NCBI GenBank assembly: GCA_030167865.1 | Contig: JALAGF010005881.1 | Coordinates: 1 to 45,753, forward strand | Direction: 5' to 3' | DNA from: Craspedostauros australis | Lineage: Eukaryota | Length of the DNA: 45,753 nucleotides | Program-made: the position numbers and the translations under genes | In this document: positions 12,375 through 25,634 of the stretch, one piece after another | How positions within the stretch are numbered: position 1 is the stretch's first letter | Layout: the number at the start of each line of letters is the position of its first letter | The notes under the pieces: generated by a model | What the model saw: only the letters and a program-made list of their open reading frames with translations | Database searches by the model: none | Told to the model about the DNA's origin: nothing

Positions 12375-13337
12375 ATGACTGCCATGAAGACGATTGCCAT
12401 TGCAGGCTTGGTGCTGCTCGTTGGGGCGTCGCATGCGTTCGTTCCCTCCGTTCCACGCAGGTCACATCCATCACGGCCGTCATGGTCGTCATGGTCGTCG
12501 CAGTTGCGAGTACAATCGCCGTCGTCAACGCGATCATCTTCGTCGCTGTGGACAGCCACGGCAGCCAACTCCGCAGTCCTGCCACGCATTTCGCAAAGGC
12601 ACCTCGATGACTTGGACCGCAGCGGGTACGTCATCATCGACGACTTCCTCCCACCGCACCTGCAACAGGAGCTGCGCAGCGACGTGCAGAACCTGCGCGC
12701 GGCATCCAAGTTCAAGACGGCCAAGATCGGCCAGGACTCCACCAACGCGCTCAACACGCAGATCCGGGTGGCGGAGACCTGCTTCCTCGGAACCGACAAG
12801 CTCGGCGACGTCCCGGACGCGTCGCGATCGACCCTCTACGACATCCTGGATCGGGTGCGCCAGGACCTGCCCAAGACGTTGGACCGCAACCTGTCCGAGC
12901 TGCTCTACGCGTACTATCCATCGGGCGGTTTCTACCGGCGCCATCGCGATGCTATTCCCGGATCGGCGTCGACGTTGCGGGAGTACTCGCTGCTCCTCTA
13001 CCTCAACGAGGATTGGCAGGAGAAGGATGGCGGCCGTCTGCGCATGCACTTTGACTCGGGCGGCGACGCGTTGCCCGAAGGCGAGCAGCCAAACTTTAGC
13101 GATGTGGATCCGCTGGGCGGCACGCTGGTGCTGTTCCAGAGCGACAAGATCCCGCATGAGGTCCTTGACACCAACGCAGAGCGAGTCGCCGTGATCGGGT
13201 GGTACAACCGTCCCGTCTCGGCTGGCGATATTGCGGCCCTGTCCGCCGATGGAGGTGGAGGCGACAGTATCCGTGTTGTGGCGCTCGCCGTCGCCCTTGG
13301 TCTCATCACGGTCGGTGTGCTCAACATCCTCAACTAG
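12375..13337 (+). CDS. 2OG-Fe(II) oxygenase (EGLN/PHD-like prolyl hydroxylase family), plastid-targeted, C-terminal TM helix
   Basis: YRRHRD (HxD), LLLYLNEDW..DGGRLR, GGTLVLF, IPHEV..R. Signal peptide ends ASHA-FVP (ASAFAP motif), followed by a Ser/Arg-rich transit peptide. Confidence 0.88.
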   Translation: MTAMKTIAIAGLVLLVGASHAFVPSVPRRSHPSRPSWSSWSSQLRVQSPSSTRSSSSLWTATAANSAVLPRISQRHLDDLDRSGYVIIDDFLPPHLQQELRSDVQNLRAASKFKTAKIGQDSTNALNTQIRVAETCFLGTDKLGDVPDASRSTLYDILDRVRQDLPKTLDRNLSELLYAYYPSGGFYRRHRDAIPGSASTLREYSLLLYLNEDWQEKDGGRLRMHFDSGGDALPEGEQPNFSDVDPLGGTLVLFQSDKIPHEVLDTNAERVAVIGWYNRPVSAGDIAALSADGGGGDSIRVVALAVALGLITVGVLNILN

Positions 13338-13345
13338 AAAGTGTT

Positions 13346-13399
13346 TGTGTACATATGTGTACATGTGTGTACATGTGTGTACATGTGTGTGCGTGTGTG
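13346..13399. repeat. 10-bp tandem repeat (TGTGTACATR)n / alternating purine-pyrimidine tract
   Basis: Immediately 3' of the oxygenase stop codon, about 4.5 units. Confidence 0.85.
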
Positions 13400-14188
13400 A
13401 GAGAGATGGAAATTGAGCTAGAGACAGTGAATGGACTTGCATGTATTCTCTTGAGACTGCAACTTCTTTCGAGTGCGTCATTTCGCTCTCCTTGTGCGAG
13501 CTTGGAACCCGCCAACTCTCGACACTCACTCGTATTCGTATTTGTACCAGTGCACAGTTGCTAGTGATGTATTATGTTAGCACTCCGCTCAACTTGCGTT
13601 CTATAATACCAGATCCACACTGTTGGGCGGCGGCGATTGCGGAATGGCGGCTACCAACGAATGATCATGGATGGTGCAAGCGGCACATGGTGTTCCCGAT
13701 GGTCCAAACCTCGGTAAAGTATAGCATAGTGCATACATTGTGAGAGCACGATCTACAAAGCGTGCGTGCAAACTAGAATCCGTGGACAACTCAAACCAAA
13801 CAATGCGAGCAGTGTCTTGACAGTATGCACGAGTAGTCTTACAAGATGAAGACGATGCGTCGTCGTTGTGGCAGCCCACCAATGCATACCCCCCATCGAG
13901 AAGGCAATACGAGTCGAGCAGACGATCAGACAACAAATTGTGACCACAGAGACGACTTGATTTGGCGCCACCAGTTCCAGACATCCGCGCTACACGAGCA
14001 ACGTGGAGATGGTATCTTTTTGTGCGCGTGGTTTCGTTGGTTGAGGCAAAACAACGGACAGCGCCAAAAATCCCTTTTTGCGAAGGCTGCAGGCACAAAG
14101 CACGTCGTGTCAAACAGCAGATTTTGAGGTCCCGAAATCTACCGACACCGCAACGCAACGCCATGCAGGTCAGTTGGGGAAGGCCACC

Positions 14189-17100
14189 ATGACGACGGAC
14201 CCCACGCTCATGGATCTGGGCCAATGCGCCCGGTCCTTGCACACACTTGCAGACTACCACTCCATCACCTCAACCAAGACCCTGCGGGAGGTCTACCTCG
14301 CAGCGTTGACCCTTTTGTGCCATCTCAAGCAAGATCAGCTTCGGCTGCAAGAAATACGGTGCGTGACCACCTCTCGAATACCAAATTTGGATCTGCAATA
14401 CGGAAATTGATGCAACGCGAATCGGCCTGTTCCTTTGGTGGGCGTTTGATGTCTTTGCCTCACATTTTTGCAACGAACAGCCACAATTTGCTGCCTGATT
14501 GTCGGCACCAGCGGCCACAGCAATTGCATCATCATAAGGAGCAGCCACTTCTGCTGCCAACGGCACTGCCAATATGATCGCCACTGTCTTCGATGGATCC
14601 ATACGTGATCGAGAACAATCCAACCTCATTTGGTCTTTCGCATTCTCGTTCTCATCCACGTTCTTTACCTCCATCACATCAACGCATCGACGCATCAACG
14701 CATCAATGCCTCACCAAACCAATCATTTCAATCAATTCATCAATCCACGCACTGCCACTTGTTGCCCACTCGTGCCACCAACATGCCCATTGAATACATG
14801 CAAATGCGCGAAGAGAGCGAATCGCTGATGATACCAGCAACACCGACAAGGATGGCAACGACAGCGACGATGATGAGCACGACCATGCTTTCCCTGAGCC
14901 ATCTGAGGTTCCTGCCATCTCTGCGGTTGTGCACGACCAGCGGCTCTTCCAAGCTCTGATTTCCTGCTTGTCCACTGCGCAAGGCGCCAGCGGGGAAAGT
15001 GACACCTCGGCCGACTCTCAAAGACATCATCACCACCTTCACAACAACCACTCACACCATCACAGCCACCACCATCACAACAAGCACGGTCATCACCCGC
15101 ACCATCATGCATCGGGACAGGCATCCAGCAGAAAACGAGCATTCTCCATGTCCGATCCTCCTGATGGCGTGCCGTCCAAGGCAGCCAAAATCGGCATGTC
15201 GCCAATGGTTGGGAAGCGCAGCAGCATCAACGCACCCATATCTTCGGCTTCATCATCATCATCGGCCGCAGATGCCAACAAGAAGGACAGAGAAACTGGA
15301 TTCAACGCCAGGGTTCTATGCGCCACGATACTCTACATCGCGTTCGAGGCGCTGGATCATTGGCCAGCCTCCTTGGTCAAGGTGTACGCGGAGGATTGTT
15401 TCGGTGCGCGCCTGTGGGTGGACGACCCCTGCTGCAAGCCCCTCGTCCAAAACCTGGCTCTCTGCCATGGACCCCGTGCCGCATCAGATTCCACCAGCTC
15501 CTCGCAGGAAGACCACGAGAACGAGCAGGATGACGGCGGCGACGACGATGACATTTCTCAATCGGTCCAAGACACCGCCAACAAGGTCGCAAATTTCTAC
15601 CGAATGGAGCTGAAGAAACTGGAAGCCACAATGCCAACCCCGTCCGTGTCTGCCTTGGAATTGAAATCATTGGTTCCACCAACTGCGCAACATCTTCATA
15701 GCAATGCATCGAACCCAAACAGCAACATCACAATGGCGACCAAGCAGGACGGCAACATACCTGTGAGACGAGGCAGTGGGGAATCTTCTGGAAAGTTCGG
15801 TTCGGTCAGCAAACTGCCGTCGCCGCATCAAGTCGGCGGTCATAGGATGCGCCGTCAACTATCCGATGGATCGGCAAAGTCCAATGCGACAACGGCGAGC
15901 CTTTCGGAATCGATTTCAAGGCAAAGGAAGGGCGGCGCGAAGCCACTGGGAATCTCGCCGACGCTGCCACAACGAGTCATCCAACGAGCGTCCATCCAGT
16001 CCAAAAACACCACGCACGGCAACCACAACATCAAAAGCAAGCGCGTCGCGACCGCCGGCAACATCAACAACAACAACAACAACAATAGTCATAACAGGAG
16101 CAACAGGAAACACACCAAGGCGCATCAGGCACACGGTGATTCTGATTCCGACTCGGGGGACGAGGTCGAACAAGTGGAGATCAAGCCGAACGTTTCGAAA
16201 TCAACTGCAGCAGCGCCTCCACCGCCTCCAGCACCAGGAGCTACAGCAACAACAATATCAACTGTCGACAGTAAATCCAACACCGTCGTCAGACGTTTCC
16301 AACCACCGGCAAAGGATGGCGACTCGTCATCTTCCGGAGAGGAGGAGGACGAAGCAGTGGCGGTCATGAGCACTTCCAAGCGCTCGTTCGAAGAAAGCAT
16401 GGCAGATCGGGAACCACCAACCAAGATTACCAAGATCGCACCAGCCGATTCACCATTCCAGGCCACCTACCCTGCAATGCCGACGAACCTAAAATTGGCA
16501 GCTGTGCGGTGTCGGTACTTTGCCAACAACCTGCAAGATGCTCACAGTGCCATCGCCGCATCTCTCATCCAGCGGTTGGATGCAAAAACGAAGCAAAATT
16601 CTGGTCTTCTGCAGACGCTGCCATCCTTCACCTCTGTGCCGGCCGTTCGTGATCTGGTGACGAGTCATCTGCAGAAATGGCTGCAATCTCCCGCGCTGTC
16701 CGGACTCGCAAGGTCTCTCTTCTCGCAGACGGTCAAGCAATTGCGAAGCACTGCGAAACTCCATGACGCTGATGTGGCAACGATCACCAACGTGTTGTCC
16801 ATGCGATTGAAAGCCAACCAGGTAAGACCAATGAAGATGAACCGATGTCTCTGCAAGCTGTGGATATTATCACGCTGCAAAACCACAATGTTGTCAACCG
16901 ACCAAGCACATGGTGTGCTAGTCTTTTGTCCTTTCTTTCCTCTCCATGCTGGTGTTGCCCATCTACTCCTTGCGGTTGCCGTGACATGCCTTGCAAGTCA
17001 TTTGCTCACCTTTATTCTTTGCCATGCTCCTCTTGTCTCTTCTGTCTTGTTCTGTCCTGTTCTGTTCACCACGGTTGGAAATGGACAACAACACTTCCAC

Positions 17101-20100
17101 CTCCACACTCCAACCTTCTCTAACCTCCACATTCCAATCACGCACGCCAATACTCATGGATGTCACCAATTCCACTACTACTCGTATACTCTGCAGCTCA
17201 ATGCGCACATTGAAAACATCAAAACGATCGCGGATGGCAACACAAACAAGCAAGTGTCGTCGCAAATATACATGCACCTGCTCCGAGACGTGCTGAACAA
17301 CTTCGAGAGCGACCCATCCGCTGTGCAAGATCGCCTACGGATGCTAGTTGCTGTCTACAGCGCTTTCCCAAAGCAAACGTCCGCGGAGGGCATCGCATCC
17401 ACCTTGCTCATCATGCTGACACAGCCACCTGAACAGCTGGCCATCACCGTTCCAAAAAACATGATCTCGAAGAGGGTGCGGTCTCTGCTTCTGCTCATCG
17501 CCAACAAGCTAGGCTCGGCCTTCGATGCGTTTCTTCTGCTAAGGGCTACCCGCAAATTCAAATTCAGTAACGGGGCACAGACCATGGCAACCGAAGAGGC
17601 CAGGGCACGCATGATGTACCAGTGCTGCGTTCTGTTGGTCCCAGCTAGTCCAGCAGCACCGGCCAAAACGGATGGCAGCACGTCAGTTGAACCCAACGAC
17701 GATCTTCGAGCCACCTTCCTCAGCGCACGCAAGCTCGTGCTCGGCTGGAGCTGCATGCACTACGCACCACTGTACTTTGCCAACACCGATTCGCAAAGCG
17801 GAGACAAGAATGGGAGCAACAGAAAACCTGGAGAAGAGGTTGGGGCGGGCGCTCCAGAATACGCCTCGATCTTGGATGGGATGGAACAGAAGAAGGTCCC
17901 TCCATGGCTCGCATTCATCCGCTGCATGCTCTTCCTGGAAAATCATGGCTCGGAGAGATTCGACGTCTTCTGGAAGACAACGACGTCCATACTCACCAAA
18001 ACATCTACGACGACGTCAACATCGCAACCTGGTGGGAACCCGTCTGACGAATGGGCAGCACAAGCCCAACGAATAAATGCATTCGTGGAGTACGGAACCG
18101 ATGTGGACGACGAGATGATTTTCATGATCATCAAGAGCGTCAAGCGACGCCGGATGACGAGCAAACCGGCCTTGCAGCTGTTGGAGCACTTGTTCCATGG
18201 ATGCAGATCGACGACGAAAGCACGGTTGCTGTTAGAAGATGACTCGCTGATTGAGGAATTGTACACGCTCGTCGAGTACAAGCCGCCCAAGGAGGTCCTC
18301 GCGTGCCTCTCAGGTCCTGCGAGGAATGAAAACGACATGGAAGTGGAAACAGAAACAGAAGAAAAGGGCAACTCTCTTGGTGCAAGAGCCGGCACCAGCA
18401 CAGAGCGAAAGCAAAAGGAGAAGCACAAGGGACAGGATCAAGACCAAGGCCAGGAGCAAGCGCCAATGCCTGAAGTCCCACGGTAAGCAACAAAATTGGA
18501 TGGAGAACATGTGATTGATACGTGCCAAGCGAAGAAATGCACACAGCTGAACTTGCACTCCCATCGTCGACCACTGCACTCGCAAATCATCTGTTTCTGT
18601 CACAACACTCACACCAATCCAAATTCGAACACTCACACACAAACATAAACACACCCGCCCACGCCCTGATTGTGTCTGCATACGTGCGCTATGCCCACCA
18701 ACCATTTCGTAGACTTGCCTATCCGGGCCTTTGGTGGCGTGCTACAACGCTGGCGTTGATCATGTGCGGAACGTCACCCGAAACTATTGGTCTCACTGCT
18801 TGGAATGAATTCCCGACCATCAAAGTCCTCATCAAGATGATCACATCGGACAGATATCGCTTCCCAACCATCGATTGCGACAAAGCGGCGCGAGACGAAA
18901 TGAAGAAAGGCGAGCAATCGATGAGAGACACGGTACGTTTCCGCGCCATGTCGCGCTGTGTCCTTCGCTATCAGAGTCACATGCGTCTCTTTTCTTCTTG
19001 AGCACACCTTTCTCTGTCTCCCCAGAGAGCTGGGTCCAATTCTCACTCACTGAATCTTCACTCACGTATGCTTGCCATTTCGTCTGTGATACACCTCATG
19101 TGCTCGCAACCATTTCCACGTACGATCTCGCTCATCTACACATCCACTGATCTCCTGCTTCTTCGTCTGCGTACCTGGTGGTATCGACCAACAACAAACA
19201 ATCCTCGCCGCCGCCATCGCCACCACCACAATTACTACTGCTACAACTGCAGGAAGCGTCGATTGCAGAAATGCTATTCTTCCCAAAGAAGGCAACACAG
19301 AAGAAGAGTAAAGCAGCCCAGCAGCAAACAAGATCAGGATCTCGAACATCGCGGCGGCAACGCGAACAGCGCGAGCGTCATCTGAGGGTGCAGCAAGAGC
19401 GCGAAGCGGCACAGGCACGCGACCGAGAACGACGGCGGAAAAAGATGATCAAGAATGCACAGAAATCAATAATGATACTGGACGCGCACAGCACGCCGCG
19501 CAAGCCACCACCACAGTCAGCAGATCTGCTGCTTTCCGTCAATGACATGTTCTCCGTCGCGAAGACCTTTCAAAAGTGCGATACTCCGGATTACATCCTG
19601 TCCACGATTGGAGGTACATCACGTGGTGCCATCGAACGTGCGTACGATTGGCTGATTCCCATCATCTCCGTCCTTCCCGAAACCATCGACCGGCTGCCGT
19701 CTTCGGCATCGTGCTTCTTGCTTCTGCGTGCCTACGGAACAGAAGGAGAGGAGAGAGCCCAGCTTCAGTCACTTGCTAAGCCTTTGCTCATCAATGTGCG
19801 ACAGTCGTTGATGGGTGAGTTCGGGGAGGCCAATGCAGCTCGATCATTCGATCTGTTGCTCTCGGATGTTGCCAGCCCAAAGTCCAACCGGCGGCGGTGC
19901 GCTCGGAGAGTCCTCTGTGATGCCATCGGGAGCGGCTCTGCTGAAACGATCGAACCAGCTACGAACGGCGGTGTCGATGCTATGAACAACGGTGAAACAA
20001 GTCAAGGGTCACGGGCAGATCATGATCCAACTCTGCCACAGCAGCGGCCCGAAGAGGAACAGGATCACCAGCAACCACTCACCCAAGCAAAGCCCGAGCC

Positions 20101-23100
20101 ACTGCCACCGTCATCGTCGTGGATGACGAACATTCTGCAAGCGAAGAACGCCGCATCGATTGTTGAAATTTCTATCAAGTACATGGTAAGCTCCACACAG
20201 TACTCATTCGGATGTGAACCAAAAGCGAGAATGAGCGCCCATCACTTGTCAGTGCAAGTGTGCAAGTGTTCGATGAGTATGACCCATTACTCTCCCGTTG
20301 CTACGGCCACTGCTGTTGCTGCGACACATGGAAATGCTACGCAGCGTTTGATGCCTTACCGCATTGCATGGCACTAGGTCGCGATGATCATACTACTCGT
20401 AGTACTCACAACTTCCAATTACGTCCGACACAACATTTCGCTCAATTTCCCCAACTTTCTCGGTGCCAAGACCATCGCTGCTGAGTATGAAAGAGGGAAG
20501 AATCTAAAGTCCTTGATCTTTGCATTGCGTGACCACATCGAATTCGCGCACGAGAATCATGTCAAAGGAAAATGGAGCTTTTCCAAGATCCTCGTCGCGA
20601 TGATCTCCACTCGACCCGATGCATCTGCCAGTGCGATGTCATCGTTCGTCGATCTTGAAGCTTTGGCCATCAGCACGATCCATGACGAACTTGTGAAGTA
20701 CTCCAAAGAAGGAGCCGATGAAGAAGATGATGATGCGGAATCTGTATGGATCACATTCTGCCAACATGCAGAGCACTCATCGGATGACTCAGCTCAGGCT
20801 CAGGTCCAGCCTCAAGAGGCGTCCGTGCAGACCAAAACTGCGCTTCCGCTGCAGTTGCTGCAATCTGCTTGCGTTCTGCTCAGTATCCAGAATGATGGAG
20901 CTGAAGATGGCGATGCCGTGGGCAACGACGATGGAACGAGCAAGGGTGACGCCGATGATGTTGCAGGTGATCCGATGGAAGTGGAAGGTTCCCGCATTGA
21001 CACAGGCACAGACAAAGACACTGCAAAGGCAACAAAGCTCGCAACGTCTACAACCCTGAACAGCATCGTGGATATGCTTCTGCACATTCCGGATGCTCAC
21101 GTCAGCACGAAAGACGATGCAGCGAAAGAAGACGACATGAGCAGCGATGGAACAATGTACGGGTTGGCAGGTGCAGAGTTTGCTGACTCGGAAAAGATCG
21201 CAGTCTCTGTGGAATCGGTAAGTTACGATTGAACAGATCAGTTGAAAACGGTCACCAACGCTTTGGAGGTTCTGGTCGCAATGCTCCCAATGTCCACCTA
21301 AAAATTCACCACGTCCAGCCACCATCGCACGACACCATGTGGCATGAAGACGCCCGTTGCATGTATATATCCCATTGAACGCACACGCATGCCATGCTAC
21401 ACTACTTTACTCCACGATTGTGCGTCCACTCATCCCGTAGCATATTGCGCTTGCCTTTTCAAATACCGCACATCCCTGCTTCGAATCAAACCACATATCG
21501 AACCACAACGCCAATGTCCATACTCGTCTCCAATCCACAATTTGCAATTCGCAGTGGGTGATGCTGGCGCGATCCGGGAGTGACTCGATCGCGCGCAGAG
21601 CAGCGATGGCTGCTCCAAGCGGATTTCTCCCTCGTCTACTGCTATGCTCGGGTCTTCCGAAGGGATCATTTTCAACCATGATCGACCGTCTTGCCAAGCT
21701 AGGTGACGAATCTGATGATCACGCCAAGATGTTCAACCAGCTCTTGGTGCCATCTGCCGTTAGCGAATGGGATATTGGTAGACTGGGCCAAAGACGCACC
21801 GTTTCGAGGCGATTGCTGGGGCGAGTAACTGCATACCTCAAGAAATACAACATGCAGACATCACCCGACAAGGACCATGTCCCAAACACCTTTCTGCTTT
21901 GGTTGCAGAAATCCTGCAACGATCCACACAAGGACAAAGGCCGCAGCAAAAGCAAGAACAGAGGAAAGAAAAGAAAGGTTGCAGATACCTCGATCCTCAA
22001 AGGGATCGCATCTGCCTCGGCTTTGTTCGCAGCTCTTGCTGATGAAGCAGATGTGAATGCAGCTGCAAACATCAAGGGTGACGGCGTCCTCGCCGACGAA
22101 AACGGGTCTGACATGACTGCATTCAAAGGAATTGCTCGAAGCCGACACGATCACGTTGCCGACGGTGCTATCCCCAGCGAAGATCTTCAAGCGCTGATTG
22201 CGGATGCGTTCGATGCTAACGAACCTGACCGCGTTGATTGGCTGTTGGAGCGGTGCACACATCAACGGGATGTTGCCTGGGTGACGATCGGTTCCAAAGC
22301 AGCACCATCAATAGCATCATTATCTGCAGCCACAGCAGCAACAACGGAAGCGAAGACGCCACGAGGCACTGTGGACACGACCACAATTGGCACGTTGATC
22401 CTTTCAAAGTACTTCGAGCTCAACCGCAAGCCCCAAGGGTTGGGCATGTGCATCTTGAAATGGATCCCGCGCCTCACAGCATCGGCAGGCTCCGAGGAAT
22501 TATGGAAGATCATGTTTGCCAAACGGAACTCCTTCGCCGTTCCGGTTTGGAACTCGCTTCTCGGCAAATGCGTGGTGCACTGGTCATCGTCGCATATCGC
22601 GGAATGCACAAACTGGATCTTGCGACAGCAGCAACGGCATCAAAGAAGGCTTTTCGAGGAGTACAACGTCGAGCGGATGGTGCGGTACTTGGTGAAGACA
22701 TCGAGCGCAGATTCGACCACTTTCGACATTATGTCGCAAGCAAGCCAGGATATTCGATGGTGCGATTCAGAGAGCGCTGTCGCGGGTGGGACAGCCCTGG
22801 CGATCGCAGCCATTGGGGCCGCCAAGAAGGAATCGTACATCCAGCAGATCGTCATGCGCAACGGCATCCCGGATGAGCTCACATTGATCCTGGTGGTGGC
22901 CAGATGCGGCCGGCCGCATGCAAGGTGCGTTGGGCAGGCTCTCGTTCGAGAAATCAACAGCACGGAAGATAGCGGCAGGCGCGGCATCTACCTCGCAATC
23001 GTTCTCCGGTTGTACGCGTACCTCCCATTCTCCCTGAACCTGAGAGACGCATCGCTGCGCGCGGTGCTGAAGGAAGCGGTGGAAGGTTACTCGGTCGAAT

Positions 23101-23735
23101 GGTTGGAATGGCGGTCGCCGCTCGACGATGCCATGTCGACCATGCTACAAGAACTGACCAAGGGCGGTGCGGTGGCATCCATTCACCAGGCTCTGATGGA
23201 GAATGCCAAGAAGCACCCGCTGCTGCTGTTTCGCAAGATCAACGCCTTCATCCGAGCCCTGCATGACGATGCGTCCAACAAGAACAACCTGTCCACGGAG
23301 GGTGTCGACATCATCAATCAACCGGCCGTCGCGTTGGTGCAGGGACGGTCGATGAAGGTGAGGGTCGCTCACTGGGGATACTACTTCACGCCAAGCCTGT
23401 GGACGTCGCTTCTTCAGATCGTGATGGTGGTGCCAGGCGAGGTCGTGTTCGGCTGCGGTCCAAAGATGGGTTTCACGGCATTCCTGGAGGTGTACGTGTA
23501 CCTGGTGTACGTCCAGTCCCATCTGCGCCCGACCAATGACTTCACCCGCTTGAAGGGCAGGCTGTCAGAGATTCTGAATGGCTTCAAGTTGTCGAATCCC
23601 GAGGCTTGGCAAACGTGGCTGTCCTCGCGCCAAACGCAACTACCGTCGATGGAGACGGTTCGGAACGTTCTCGTCAGATGTGGGTTCGTTGGGTACGATG
23701 AGGCCATGAAGAACATCAAGCAGGGTCCATCTTGA
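14189..23735 (+). CDS. INTS1: Integrator complex subunit 1 (7 exons)
   Basis: INTS1-like motifs WPASLVKVYAEDCFGARLWVDDPCC, LQKWLQSPAL, AWNEFPTIKVLIKMI..YRFP, PRKPP and HPLLLFR. Phase-consistent exons: 14189-14358, ~14838 (or 14814)-16821, 17197-18482, 18713-18932, 19253-20185, 20471-21217, 21555-23735. Exon 1 is the least certain. Confidence 0.88.
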
Positions 23736-24441
23736 GTTGCTGCTGTTGCATGTATGCATGCATACATGCATTTGGGATATGGACGGCACTCTGATCAAGC
23801 AGGTCGGTCGGCAGGGAATCGTGACAGAGAGTATTCAACACGAATGTAGACTAGAGCACAATACGAGTACTATGATGCAATGTGCGAGTACAGCAGGAGA
23901 GCGCCATTTTCTACACCAACTGAACGAAGCATGAAGATGAATAGCGCGGCATCGCAAGCCTGGGCCGCTTCTTGTCATCTTTCCGTGCAAGTCCTCCATC
24001 TTGTTTCTGGTGCCTCTGGAGAGGGGCAGTCGGAGAGTTGCACTCAGTTCTGTTTGCGCGCAACGTAATGGCTGGCAAACTCGTACAGATTATAGAATAT
24101 AATACATGCAATGACTTGCGAAAGCAGTGCACATAGGTCTTACTCTGTATCTGAAAGCGTGTGTTCAGTGCGGTTCCAGTCGGTCGTGCGGTGCAGGCAC
24201 TTGTTAATAGAAAGGAAACGAAAAACGAAGATCGTGAATTTTGGGAAGGAAGGAGGTGATGAGTTCGAACCCATCAAAACACGACCAACGAATGTGCTGA
24301 TGTCCACAGAACAAGAGAATCTCAGTCGTACGTAAAGTATGGTGTAATACGACTGGCCGTATGACAGGATCTCAACCACAAGCCATCACATTCACCATAC
24401 TCTCCAACCTACCGTACTCCACAGTAAAGCACCATCCGACC

Positions 24442-25362
24442 ATGATGCCCGTGGCTGGCCGAATGTCGTGCTGCTCCAGACGCCTTTCGATGATGGCGAT
24501 GCTTTCCATCTGCTCGACCCAATGCGGAGCGTTCTCCACGGCATCCTCGTCTCCTGCAGAGAGGAGGCTGTTGTCAAGCAGTCATCCCATGCGCTTGCAT
24601 CCAAGCGGCAGCAATGCAAGGCAATTGCTCGGATACGTGCCGACCAGACGCAGAACATCAACGTCGTTGAAGTCCGACGCCAACGAAACGGCACAATCGC
24701 GCTGCCCCAGAACGTGGGCGTTGCGACAATCCATGGACGAGGATCTGCCGTATGCCGAACGCACGCTGAGCTGGCTGGAGGACAGCGTCATCGGACTCAA
24801 CCTGTGTCCATTCGCGGACCGCCCGTACCAGCTGGGCAACCTCAAGATCCGCGTGGTGCGTGGAACCGATCAGGTGGAGATCCTGACGAGCGCGCTGGCG
24901 GAATGCTTCATACGGCAGGACAAGCCCGGGACGACGCTGATCGTCTGCCCCGATCTGTTTCCCCACAACTTCGAGGCCTTCCTGGAGGTGTACAACATGC
25001 TGCAGGATGGCGTGCTTGTGGACAACAAGCTGGACACGACGCTTCAGGTTGCGCCCTTCCATCCCAAGTTCCAATTCCAAGACGCGGACCCTGATGACAT
25101 CGAGAACTGGACGAACCGATCCCCGTACCCCATCTTCCACATCCTGCGAGAAGAGGAGGTCAGCGTGGCCGTGGAGGCTCTTGATGGCGACAGCAGCAAG
25201 GTGTGGCAACGCAACATGGATCTGCTGGAGGAGTTTAGCGAGGAGCACGGCGAAAACTTCGTGGCGAATTGGATAGAGAATTCTGCCGAAGCGGAGCCTG
25301 ACAAGAGAGCGCAGGTGCGTGCCTTCGTGAAGGCCTTCAGCAAAGGCAAGAGCAATACCTAG
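24442..25362 (+). CDS. DUF1415 family protein with probable plastid presequence
   Basis: VIGLNLCPFA, FHPKFQF and NWTNRSPYPIFHILRE are typical DUF1415 motifs. N-terminal CGA-FST motif. Start codon uncertain. Confidence 0.85.
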   Translation: MMPVAGRMSCCSRRLSMMAMLSICSTQCGAFSTASSSPAERRLLSSSHPMRLHPSGSNARQLLGYVPTRRRTSTSLKSDANETAQSRCPRTWALRQSMDEDLPYAERTLSWLEDSVIGLNLCPFADRPYQLGNLKIRVVRGTDQVEILTSALAECFIRQDKPGTTLIVCPDLFPHNFEAFLEVYNMLQDGVLVDNKLDTTLQVAPFHPKFQFQDADPDDIENWTNRSPYPIFHILREEEVSVAVEALDGDSSKVWQRNMDLLEEFSEEHGENFVANWIENSAEAEPDKRAQVRAFVKAFSKGKSNT

Positions 25363-25634
25363 ATGAGTATTGGTAGACTGCAGTATTCTACGGCGTGTTG
25401 AAATCCATGTTGACATCCATGTTGGTAACATTTTCTGCCATAGCGGCCATGTTATGGAGTATAATATTGCCACGATACAAGGATTCCCTCAGCACCATCG
25501 CCCCAAGTATGACAGGAATGGTGGAAGTGGCAGACTATCACGGTGTGCAACCATTTCACACAAAGATGCTGCTGCAGTTCAGCCTGAGCGATGTACGTCA
25601 TTTACATATAACAACGAGACCTTTCGGACGCGGG

